Origin: Alphaproteobacteria bacterium
Lineage (GTDB): Bacteria > Pseudomonadota > Alphaproteobacteria > UBA9219 > RGZA01
Length of the DNA: 64,000 bases
NCBI GenBank assembly: GCA_028278105.1
Contig: JANQEX010000077.1
Location: forward strand, 2,030 to 66,029
Reading direction: 5' to 3'
Shown: in pieces, positions 56,354 through 64,000 of the stretch
Layout: each line of letters starts with the position of its first letter
Position numbering within the stretch: the stretch's first letter is position 1
The notes under the pieces: generated by a model
Database searches by the model: none
What the model was told of the DNA's origin: nothing
The model's input: only the letters and a program-made list of their open reading frames with translations
Translations under genes and position numbers: made by a program

Positions 56354-59300
56354 ATGAAAACCCGTCTTGCGCTTGATCTAGGCTCAACATCACTCGGATG
56401 GTGCCTTCTGGAAATGAACAATGAGGCGCCCACAGGCATAAAAGCCATGGGAGTACGCATATTTCCCGACGGACGCGACAATCAGTCCAAGAAGCCCCTG
56501 GCTGTTGCCAGGCGCTTGGCGCGCGGCATGCGCCGCAATCATGACCGGCGAAAATGGCGGCGGCAATTGCTGATGTCTTATCTCGTGGAGAAAGGACTTA
56601 TGCCTTCCACGAAAAGCGAACAAAAGGAACTGGAAAAGCTTGACCCATACGAACTTAGGGCCAGGGCAATCAAGGAAAAACTGTCGCCCTTTCAAATTGG
56701 CCGGGCCTTGTTTCATATAAATCAGCGCCGCGGATTCAAAAGCAATCGAAAAACAGATAAAAAGGAAAATGACGCAGGCGCAATGAAGAACGCCATAAGG
56801 GATTTGGATGGCAAGCTAATGTCTTCCGGCTACCGGACACTTGGCGCCTATTTGAACAATCTCCATCAAGAGAACAAGCCCGTTCGCGTTCGCCGCGCTG
56901 TGGTCGGGAAAGAGACTTCGTATAACTTCTATCCTGAAAGAAAAATGTACGAAGAAGAAGTTGACCGGATTCTGAAAGAGCAGGAAAAGCACCACCCAAT
57001 CCTTACCGAAGAGATTTGCAGGCGAATCAAGGAAATCATTTTTTTCCAGCGCCCCCTGAAACCAGCGAAAGTTGGGAATTGCGTCTTTGAAAATAGAGAG
57101 CCCAGAGCCCGGCTCGCCCTGCCAATTGTGCAAAAATTCCGCATTCTGCAAGAAGTAAACAACCTGGAGATTGAAGATTTTGGTTGTGGCGAAAGGCAAT
57201 TAACGCAGGAGGACCGGAAAAAGATCATCGAGCGCCTCCGCGTCAACAGGCGGATAACCTTTAAGGGTTTACGGAAATTTCTCAAGCTTGGCAGCGATCT
57301 CCGGTTCAATCTTGAAAGTGACAAAAGAGATGAACTGGCTGGTGATGTAACCTCGTGCCTGTTATCCGACGACAGGGCTTTTGGTTCACGGTGGCAAAAA
57401 CTGACGGACGATGAACGGGAAAAAATTGTTGAATTGCTTTTTGAGGAATCTCATGAGGAGAAACTAATCCATGCGCTTGCAGGGCAATTTGGGGCCACGC
57501 CCGAACAGGCCCTTTATGTTTCCGGCCTTGATCTTCCCGACGGCTATGGCCGTGTGAGCAAAAAAGCCATTCAGAAAATGCTTCCTCATCTGGAGGCGGG
57601 TTGCCGTTATGCGGAAGCCGCAAAAAGGGCCGGTTATCATCATTCTGACTTTCGAACAGGAGAGGTTTTCGACGAGCTACCCTATTACGGGCAGGTCTTG
57701 CAAAGCCAGGTGATCGGCGGAAGTTACAGCGAAGATGATAAGGCGAGTCCCGAACTCTATTACGGCAGAATTAACAACCCTTCGGTGCATATTGCGCTCA
57801 ACCAGTTGCGCAAGCTTGTTAACTCCATCATCGCCGCATACGGCAAGCCGGATGAGTTCGTCATCGAACTGGCGCGGGATTTAAAAGAACCTGCCGGCAA
57901 GATTCTTGAGGAACAGTCAAAAAACACAAAAGACAACAAACGCATCAGCGCCGAACTGGAAAAACTTGGCGTGAGAAACAATTATCGCAACCGCATGCTT
58001 TATAAATTGTGGGAAGATTTGGCCAAACAGCCGGAACGGCGTTGTTGCCCCTTCAGTGGCACGCAAATTTCCGCCGCGGACATTTTTTCAGGAAAATTCG
58101 AGGAAGAGCATCTTCTGCCCTTCTCCCGCAGCTTTAACGATGGAAGGGCCAACAAGGTTCTCTCCCGTGTCGACTGGAACCGGAAGAAAGGCAACCGCTC
58201 TCCTTTCGACGCTTTTGGTCACGAGCCTTTCTGGCCGGATATTATGGCCCGTGTACAAAATCTGCCTGCAAACAAGCAATGGCGGTTTAAAAAAGACGCA
58301 TGGACGCGGATGGAAGGCGAAGACGGCGTCATTGCCCGCATGCTGAACGACACACGCTACATGTCGCGTCTTGCCAAAGCCTATCTATCCGCTGTCTACG
58401 ATAACGAGAAAGGCAAAAGCAGTGTTTGGGCGTCAAACGGACAGCTTACGGCGCTGCTTCGCAAAAAGCTGGGCCTGAACGCTCTCCTTGGCGAGGACGA
58501 TTCCAAGGACAGGGCCGATCATCGTCATCATGCGGTTGACGCTTTTGTTGTCGGCCTTGGTGACCGGGGCTTATTGAGAAAGGTTTCGGATGCCGCCCGA
58601 CGCATGGAAACCACGGAGGGGCTTTGGGAAAAACGCCAGAAACTCGTGGAAGGTCTGGAAGAACCTTTTCCCGAATTCAGGGAAAAACTGGTCAATCATC
58701 TGGAGACCCTGGTTGTTTCCTTCAAACCGGATCACGGCAATGCACAAAAAGCCGTCCATGCAGCCCCGCCCTACACCATTGCCCCGCTGCACGATCAAAC
58801 GGCTTGCGGATTTATCGGCAAGGGAGAAGGAAATAACACTGTACTTGTCGCAACCCGCAGGCCCGTTGAAAGTCTTGAAAAGATCAAGCATATAGAGGAA
58901 ATAGCCGACGCCGTTATCCGCAATGAACTGCTTCAGGCCGTAAAAGGCCTTAAAGAAAAAAGCACGGAGTGGAAACAGGCCCTCGCGGCCTTCACGGCAC
59001 GGACAGGCACGAGAAGAGTTCGTGTCCACATTAAGCGGAGCAAGGACACCCTTATTGGCATTTCCTCCGGCCATCAGCAAAACAATCCCTACAAATACTA
59101 TGCAACCGGCGGAAATTACTGCGCGGAAATTTATTGTCCTGACAAGGGCAGGCTTGCCGGCAAATGGCAATGCGAGGTGATTTCGAACTATGACGCGCAC
59201 CGGAAGGACTTTGTGCCCGAATGGAAAAAACAGAATCCTGCCGCAAAACGGGTCATGCGCCTGCAAATAGACGACATGGTTGCCTACGAGAAGGATGGGG

Positions 59301-59500
59301 AAACCGTCATCGCGCGCGTGAAAAAAATTGCAAAAGGCCATGGCGGCCGAATCTACTTCCGCAAGCACACCGTTGCGAAGGAAGAGGCCGACAAACTTAG
59401 TTGGTGTGCTTTTGTTTCACGCATGCAAGCGGCAAATTTGCGAAAAATTTCCGTTGATATTATTGGCCGCGTGCGTGACCCAAGGGCCAGAGTCGCATAG
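56354..59500 (+). CDS. cas9: CRISPR-associated endonuclease Cas9, type II-C (1048 aa)
   Basis: RuvC-I MKTRLALDLGSTSLGWCLLE at the N-terminus (RBS AGGGGGA upstream). HNH motif EEEHLLPFSRSFNDGRANKVL...NRKKGNRSPFDAF. Arginine-rich bridge helix (RRLARGMRRNHDRRKWRR). Compact size and no csn2/cas4 nearby. The track ORF start at 56294 is an upstream in-frame extension. Confidence 0.9.
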   Translation: MKTRLALDLGSTSLGWCLLEMNNEAPTGIKAMGVRIFPDGRDNQSKKPLAVARRLARGMRRNHDRRKWRRQLLMSYLVEKGLMPSTKSEQKELEKLDPYELRARAIKEKLSPFQIGRALFHINQRRGFKSNRKTDKKENDAGAMKNAIRDLDGKLMSSGYRTLGAYLNNLHQENKPVRVRRAVVGKETSYNFYPERKMYEEEVDRILKEQEKHHPILTEEICRRIKEIIFFQRPLKPAKVGNCVFENREPRARLALPIVQKFRILQEVNNLEIEDFGCGERQLTQEDRKKIIERLRVNRRITFKGLRKFLKLGSDLRFNLESDKRDELAGDVTSCLLSDDRAFGSRWQKLTDDEREKIVELLFEESHEEKLIHALAGQFGATPEQALYVSGLDLPDGYGRVSKKAIQKMLPHLEAGCRYAEAAKRAGYHHSDFRTGEVFDELPYYGQVLQSQVIGGSYSEDDKASPELYYGRINNPSVHIALNQLRKLVNSIIAAYGKPDEFVIELARDLKEPAGKILEEQSKNTKDNKRISAELEKLGVRNNYRNRMLYKLWEDLAKQPERRCCPFSGTQISAADIFSGKFEEEHLLPFSRSFNDGRANKVLSRVDWNRKKGNRSPFDAFGHEPFWPDIMARVQNLPANKQWRFKKDAWTRMEGEDGVIARMLNDTRYMSRLAKAYLSAVYDNEKGKSSVWASNGQLTALLRKKLGLNALLGEDDSKDRADHRHHAVDAFVVGLGDRGLLRKVSDAARRMETTEGLWEKRQKLVEGLEEPFPEFREKLVNHLETLVVSFKPDHGNAQKAVHAAPPYTIAPLHDQTACGFIGKGEGNNTVLVATRRPVESLEKIKHIEEIADAVIRNELLQAVKGLKEKSTEWKQALAAFTARTGTRRVRVHIKRSKDTLIGISSGHQQNNPYKYYATGGNYCAEIYCPDKGRLAGKWQCEVISNYDAHRKDFVPEWKKQNPAAKRVMRLQIDDMVAYEKDGETVIARVKKIAKGHGGRIYFRKHTVAKEEADKLSWCAFVSRMQAANLRKISVDIIGRVRDPRARVA

Positions 59501-59511
59501 GAACAGGGATA

Positions 59512-60420
59512 ATGCTTGCCCGCATCATAGAAATAACAACGGATAACAGGCACCTTTATGTTGAACGCGGCTTTATGTGCATCAGCGCGCATGGAGAAGA
59601 GCAGGCCAGAATAGCGCTTGATGACATAGGCGCTGTTATCTCCTGCGCGCATGGCCTGACCTTCAGCAACAATCTTCTTGTCCAACTGGCGGCGCGGAAT
59701 ACCCCGTTTATCGCATGTGGGTCGAATTTTGTTCCTGTTGCGTGCCTTTGGTCCCTGGAGGGAAACTACAACCAGTCCTCCCGCATGGATGCCCAGATCG
59801 AGGCGACAAAACCAAAAAGCAAGCAATTGTGGAAACAAATCGTTCAGGTGAAGATTACCCAGCAGGCCGCCGTTCTGGAAGCTGTTGGCGCAAACCCGGC
59901 GCCGGTCAAGGCCCTTGTCAGGTTTGTGCGTTCGGGTGATCCTGAAAACATTGAAGCGCAGGCGGCGCGGCGTTATTGGCAGGCCTTGTTCGGAACGGAC
60001 TTTCGCAGGGACCAGACCGCGGGCGGGATAAACGCACTCCTTAACTACGGATATATGATTATCCGTTCATGCGTCGCCAGAGCCATTATGGGCGCGGGCC
60101 TGCACCCTTCGCTTGGCATACATCATTCCAATGCCGGCAACCCCATGCGCCTGGTCGATGACCTGATGGAACCCTACCGCCCTTTTGTTGATTTCGCCGC
60201 GTGGCATTTGAAACAGCGAAAACAGGAAGAAGTGACGGCGGAAACCAAACGGGAGCTTGTCGCCGTTCTGGATAAGGAAATTGCAACGGAAAAAGGCATG
60301 ACAACCCTTCGAAACAATATTCAGGATGCGGCAACAGGCCTCGCTTTCATTTTCATGGATAAACAAAAAAGCCTTGAACTTCCCAGCCCCCAACCCCCGC
60401 TCTGGCTCGAAACATCATGA
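59512..60420 (+). CDS. cas1: CRISPR-associated endonuclease Cas1 (type II)
   Basis: 302-aa ORF directly after cas9. Type II Cas1 features include the N-terminus MLARIIEITTDNRHLYVERG, the NYGYMIIRSCVARAIMGAGLHPSLGIHH region and a conserved E/H/E catalytic arrangement. Confidence 0.85.
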   Translation: MLARIIEITTDNRHLYVERGFMCISAHGEEQARIALDDIGAVISCAHGLTFSNNLLVQLAARNTPFIACGSNFVPVACLWSLEGNYNQSSRMDAQIEATKPKSKQLWKQIVQVKITQQAAVLEAVGANPAPVKALVRFVRSGDPENIEAQAARRYWQALFGTDFRRDQTAGGINALLNYGYMIIRSCVARAIMGAGLHPSLGIHHSNAGNPMRLVDDLMEPYRPFVDFAAWHLKQRKQEEVTAETKRELVAVLDKEIATEKGMTTLRNNIQDAATGLAFIFMDKQKSLELPSPQPPLWLETS

Positions 60421-60755
60421 GCCAGGTCCCTTACAGCAGGTTCCGACTCATGTGGATGATGGTGATGTTCGACCTCCCGGTCATGACGTCCGCCGAAAGA
60501 AAGATGGCAACGAAATTTCGTAATTTCCTTCTCGATAAAGGATTTGAAATGTCGCAGTTTTCAGTGTATTTTCGTTTTTGTGGGGACAGAAGCAACACAA
60601 CGCCCTATGTGAACAGCATCAAAAAGAATGCGCCAAAAGGCGGGCGCGTCAGTATTCTTTTTTTCACGGATAAACAGTTTTCCGAAATCATCAATATCCA
60701 GAACAGGGCCGTGCAACCACCAACAAAAAATCCGGATCAACTGGTGTTGATATGA
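60417..60755 (+). CDS. cas2: CRISPR-associated endoribonuclease Cas2
   Basis: 112-aa ORF overlapping the cas1 stop by 4 nt, with the Cas2 N-terminal beta strand MWMMVMFDLPV and conserved FSVYFRF. Confidence 0.8.
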   Translation: MSQVPYSRFRLMWMMVMFDLPVMTSAERKMATKFRNFLLDKGFEMSQFSVYFRFCGDRSNTTPYVNSIKKNAPKGGRVSILFFTDKQFSEIINIQNRAVQPPTKNPDQLVLI

Positions 60756-60825
60756 CTTTTTTCCCCGAATTTTCAGCAAAAAAAGAAAAGATAAGCCCTC
60801 TGTTTCAAGGGCTTATCTCAAAGGC

Positions 60826-61785
60826 ATTATAGCTGATTAGAAAACGGCGTCAAACCGCAACGACGGCAGTATCCATCATTTTTATGACACGATTATAGCT
60901 GATTAGAAAACGGCGTCAAACCGCAACAGACCCCTGCTCGCCATCGCCAAACAACGCATTATAGCTGATTAGAAAACGGCGTCAAACCGCAACTTACGGT
61001 GGTCGGCGGCGTAGCTACGGCTCATTATAGCTGATTAGAAAACGGCGTCAAACCGCAACGCGCTGTAGGTGCGGACGATTACGTAATCTATTATAGCTGA
61101 TTAGAAAACGGCGTCAAACCGCAACAGCGCACTGCCCAATGTGACTGACCATTAAATTATAGCTGATTAGAAAACGGCGTCAAACCGCAACTGCTCACCG
61201 CGTCCGAAATAGACTGGAACGATTATAGCTGATTAGAAAACGGCGTCAAACCGCAACTCGCGGCGTGGGCGGCTGCAATATGCGATTATTATAGCTGATT
61301 AGAAAACGGCGTCAAACCGCAACTTGAGCTCGGCCTGGCTGTTCAGGAGGCTCATTATAGCTGATTAGAAAACGGCGTCAAACCGCAACGACAAAACCGT
61401 TCGGTATTTATCCGTTTTGATTATAGCTGATTAGAAAACGGCGTCAAACCGCAACCCAAACAACGCACTCGACTGCCAATACTCAATTATAGCTGATTAG
61501 AAAACGGCGTCAAACCGCAACAGCTGCGCTGCCGCCTGCGCTGTTGTCTGCATTATAGCTGATTAGAAAACGGCGTCAAACCGCAACTGGCGATGCGCGC
61601 GCAAGCGGCATAGAGAAATTATAGCTGATTAGAAAACGGCGTCAAACCGCAACAGTCAAGGTTCGGAGGGACGGAGGTTCGTAATTATAGCTGATTAGAA
61701 AACGGCGTCAAACCGCAACATACCGATAGCAGCGGCGCGTAGCGCGTCCATTATAGCTGATTAGAAAACGGCGTCAAACCGCAAC
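60826..61785 (-). CRISPR. CRISPR array of 15 identical 36-bp repeats and 14 spacers of 30 bp
   Basis: Plus-strand repeat ATTATAGCTGATTAGAAAACGGCGTCAAACCGCAAC. Canonical orientation is the reverse complement GTTGCGGTTTGACGCCGTTTTCTAATCAGCTATAAT, which resembles the Neisseria type II-C repeat ends GTTG...ACAAT and contains TTGACG-N16-TATAAT. The period is exactly 66 bp. The minus strand was assigned from the repeat-internal promoter orientation. Confidence 0.95.
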
Positions 61786-61817
61786 AATTTCGGCGATGAT
61801 AAGAAGCTTCTTAAAAA

Positions 61818-61894
61818 TGGCGCGCCCGAAGAGATTCGAACTCCTAGCCTTCTGATCCGTAGTCAGATGCTCTATCCAGTTGAGCTACGGGCGC
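61818..61894 (-). tRNA. tRNA-Arg (anticodon ACG)
   Basis: Minus strand GCGCCCGTAGCTCAACTGGATAGAGCATCTGACTACGGATCAGAAGGCTAGGAGTTCGAATCTCTTCGGGCGCGCCA has a 7-bp acceptor stem, D and T arms, anticodon loop CTACGGA and an encoded CCA. Confidence 0.85.
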
Positions 61895-62036
61895 GATTCC
61901 ACGGCATGTCCCCCTGGGACGCCTGCCTTTCGGGAAGGCAGGAAACTAATCACATATGCCGGTAATTGCAAGCTTTTGCGCAAGAACACGCCATGACGCG
62001 GAAGGCTCGCGTTTTAACCGGCAGGCGGCTATACAC

Positions 62037-62909
62037 ATGGACATGTCAACGGCGGCACCTTCCCTGCAAACCCTGACCCATGCCCTGCCGCGCGCGGGGC
62101 ACGCGCTGCCCGCCCCGGCTTCCCTGGCCGTGTCCGTGGTCCTGTCCGTGGCCAACGAGGAAGGCAACATCCTGCCCCTGTGCGATGAAATCGCGGCATC
62201 CATGGAAGGCCTCGCCGGCCCCGGCGGTTATGAGATTGTCTTTGTCGACGACAAAAGCACCGACGGCACGCGCGATGAAATCCTGCGCGCCATGCAAAAA
62301 AATCCCGCCATCCGCCTGATCTGCCACGAAACGCGCCATGGCAAAAGCCAGGGCGTGTGGACCGCCCTGCGCCACGCGCGCGGGGCCTGGATCGTGACCA
62401 TGGACGGCGACGGCCAGAACGACCCCGCCGATATCGGCAAGCTGCTGGATATCGCCTGGAGCAAGGGGCGCGCGGCCAATCTTCTGGTCAGCGGCGTGCG
62501 CGTCAACCGCAAGGGCACGCGGACAAAGCGATGGGCCAGCCGCTTCGCCAACGCCCTGCGCCGCTTTTTGCTGAAAGACGATTGCCCCGACACCGGCTGC
62601 GCGCTGAAAGCCTTTCGCCGCGACGCCTACCTGGCCCTGCCCTATTTCGACGGCATCCACCGCTACGAGCCCGCCCTGTTCCGCCTATACGGACATGAGA
62701 TCATTTACGTTCCCGTTCATGACCGCGACCGCCGCCATGGCGTTTCCAAATACGGCAATGCCAAAAGGGCGCTGGTGGGAATCTTCGACCTGATCGGCCT
62801 GATGTGGCTGCAACGGCGTTACAAGGCGCGGCGGGAGCAAAGCGTGGAGGTGGAGCTGATCGCCGCCTCCGCGCCGCAGGCCGCGCGGCAAAACGCCAGG
62901 GACGGCTGA
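62037..62909 (+). CDS. Family 2 glycosyltransferase, GtrB/ArnC/DPM1-like polyprenyl-phosphate sugar transferase
   Basis: GT2 motifs (LSVVLSVANEEGNI, YEIVFVDDKSTDGT, DGDGQND) and a C-terminal TM helix (LVGIFDLIGLMWL). The start was chosen at ATG 62037. Confidence 0.7.
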   Translation: MDMSTAAPSLQTLTHALPRAGHALPAPASLAVSVVLSVANEEGNILPLCDEIAASMEGLAGPGGYEIVFVDDKSTDGTRDEILRAMQKNPAIRLICHETRHGKSQGVWTALRHARGAWIVTMDGDGQNDPADIGKLLDIAWSKGRAANLLVSGVRVNRKGTRTKRWASRFANALRRFLLKDDCPDTGCALKAFRRDAYLALPYFDGIHRYEPALFRLYGHEIIYVPVHDRDRRHGVSKYGNAKRALVGIFDLIGLMWLQRRYKARREQSVEVELIAASAPQAARQNARDG

Positions 62910-62914
62910 CCGGC

Positions 62915-64000
62915 ATGGCCGCCGCGCTTGAACAGGCCATGGCGCTGCACCGGCTGGGTCTTTTCGACAAGGCCGAGGCCGCCTATCGCCGGATTCTGGA
63001 ATCCGATCCCCAAAACGCCGATGCGCTGGCCTTGCTGGGCTGCGCCCTGTCGGAGCGGAAAAAGCACCCCGAAGCCGTCGCCGCGATTGAAGCCGCGCTG
63101 AAGCTGGACCCGCAAGCGGCGCTGTTTCATTTTCATCTTGGCAACGCGCAGGACAAGGCGGGCAATCCCGAAAAGGCGGAAGCGGCCTTCGCCCGCGCCA
63201 TCGCGCTCAAACCGGATTGGGACGAGGCCTGGTACAATCTTGGCAATGCCCAACGCGCCTTGCGCAAGACCGGCGACGCCGCGACAAGCTATGAGCGCGC
63301 GCTGAAAATCAACCCGTCGCATTTTCTGGCGCTGAATAATCTGGGCGCGATGCTTTTGAAAAAGGGTAAACCGCAGGAAGCCCGCAAGCTGTTTAACGCG
63401 GCGCGGGCGCTGAATCCCAATCATGTGCAGACACTGCTCAACCTGACCGACGCCGCTTTTGAACTGAACGATTTGCCCGCCGCCTTCGAAGCCGCGCAAC
63501 GCGCCGCCGAAATCAAGCTGGGGCTGGACGCCAGGGCCGAAGGCTGGCTTTCGCGCGCGGGGCTGTTCAAAAATCTGGACGAGGAAGGCATCAACAGTTT
63601 CCTGACCCTTGCCACCAGCCTGTCGCTTCAGGGAAGGCTGGCCGAGAGTGGCGCGATCTTGCGCGGGCTTCTGGCCGAGGAACCGGACATGGCCGAGGCT
63701 TTCTCCTGCCTTGGCGTCCTCGCGCTTGCCCGCAATCGTCTGGACGCCGCCGAGGAATGCTATGCGCTTTGCTTCGCGCTTGATCCTTCCGGCGCTCCGG
63801 CGCCCTGGAACCGCGCCATGGTTCAGCTTGTGCGCGGCGACCTGCATGACGGCTTCCGCCGCTACCGCTGGCGCTGGCACGCGCTACAGAAGTTCCGCGG
63901 CCTTCGCCTTGACGGACCCATGTGGGATGGGCGCGATCTGGAGGGCAAAACCATCCTGCTGCATGAAGAGCAGGGCTACGGCGACAGCTTGCAGATGCTG
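62915..64000 (+). CDS. TPR-repeat protein with a C-terminal glycosyltransferase-like domain (partial, continues beyond the window)
   Basis: Translated by hand from ATG 62915: MAAALEQAMALHRLGLFDKAEAAYRRILESDPQNADALALLGCAL... shows tandem TPR motifs, then RYRWRWH...DGRDLEGKTILLHEEQGYGDSLQM, typical of TPR-linked glycosyltransferase domains. There is no stop before 64000, which is why it is absent from the ORF track. Confidence 0.6.
   Translation, partial: MAAALEQAMALHRLGLFDKAEAAYRRILESDPQNADALALLGCALSERKKHPEAVAAIEAALKLDPQAALFHFHLGNAQDKAGNPEKAEAAFARAIALKPDWDEAWYNLGNAQRALRKTGDAATSYERALKINPSHFLALNNLGAMLLKKGKPQEARKLFNAARALNPNHVQTLLNLTDAAFELNDLPAAFEAAQRAAEIKLGLDARAEGWLSRAGLFKNLDEEGINSFLTLATSLSLQGRLAESGAILRGLLAEEPDMAEAFSCLGVLALARNRLDAAEECYALCFALDPSGAPAPWNRAMVQLVRGDLHDGFRRYRWRWHALQKFRGLRLDGPMWDGRDLEGKTILLHEEQGYGDSLQML

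Noticed and set aside
60826-61785. Self-targeting spacers
   Set aside because: None of the 14 spacers matched anything else in this 64-kb window by eye; the rest of the genome cannot be examined here.

Overview
High-GC (visibly about 65%) alphaproteobacterial chromosome segment; the gene order rpmH-rnpA-yidD-yidC-engB-argB is typical of Rhodospirillales/Acetobacteraceae-like genomes. Most of the window is housekeeping genes: dapE, dapD, argB, yidC, rnpA, rpmH, pgk, ettA, htpG, argG, folD, hisS, pyrD, cydAB, pyrE, ribF, ileS, lspA, two M16 peptidases, xthA, lolA-like, ftsK, tRNA-Ala(CGC) and tRNA-Arg(ACG). Three things stand out. (1) A complete, lower-GC type II-C CRISPR-Cas island at 56.0-61.9 kb: an IS1595 transposase remnant, a divergent predicted tracrRNA, cas9 (1048 aa), cas1, cas2, and an array of 15 identical 36-bp repeats with 14 spacers of 30 bp. 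Every repeat carries a full sigma70 promoter (TTGACG-N16-TATAAT), implying processing-independent crRNA biogenesis. The island sits between a surface-glycan modification cluster and tRNA-Arg and appears to split that cluster. (2) The window is saturated with at least seven families of small palindromic or MITE-like repeats. They are nested into one another at hairpin apices, supply stop codons to flanking genes, and bracket small AT-rich selfish genes (two GIY-YIG nuclease genes, a brnTA toxin-antitoxin pair flanked by 32-bp direct repeats of the ettA 3' end). (3) Several accessory genes merit follow-up: a tandem pair of divergent PilT/PilU-like ATPases, a secreted protein combining phage-tail-fibre-like repeats with eight near-identical BNR-like blades, and a GtrA-fused membrane glycosyltransferase. 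The ORF track contains many long antisense ORFs typical of high-GC DNA; these were rejected.
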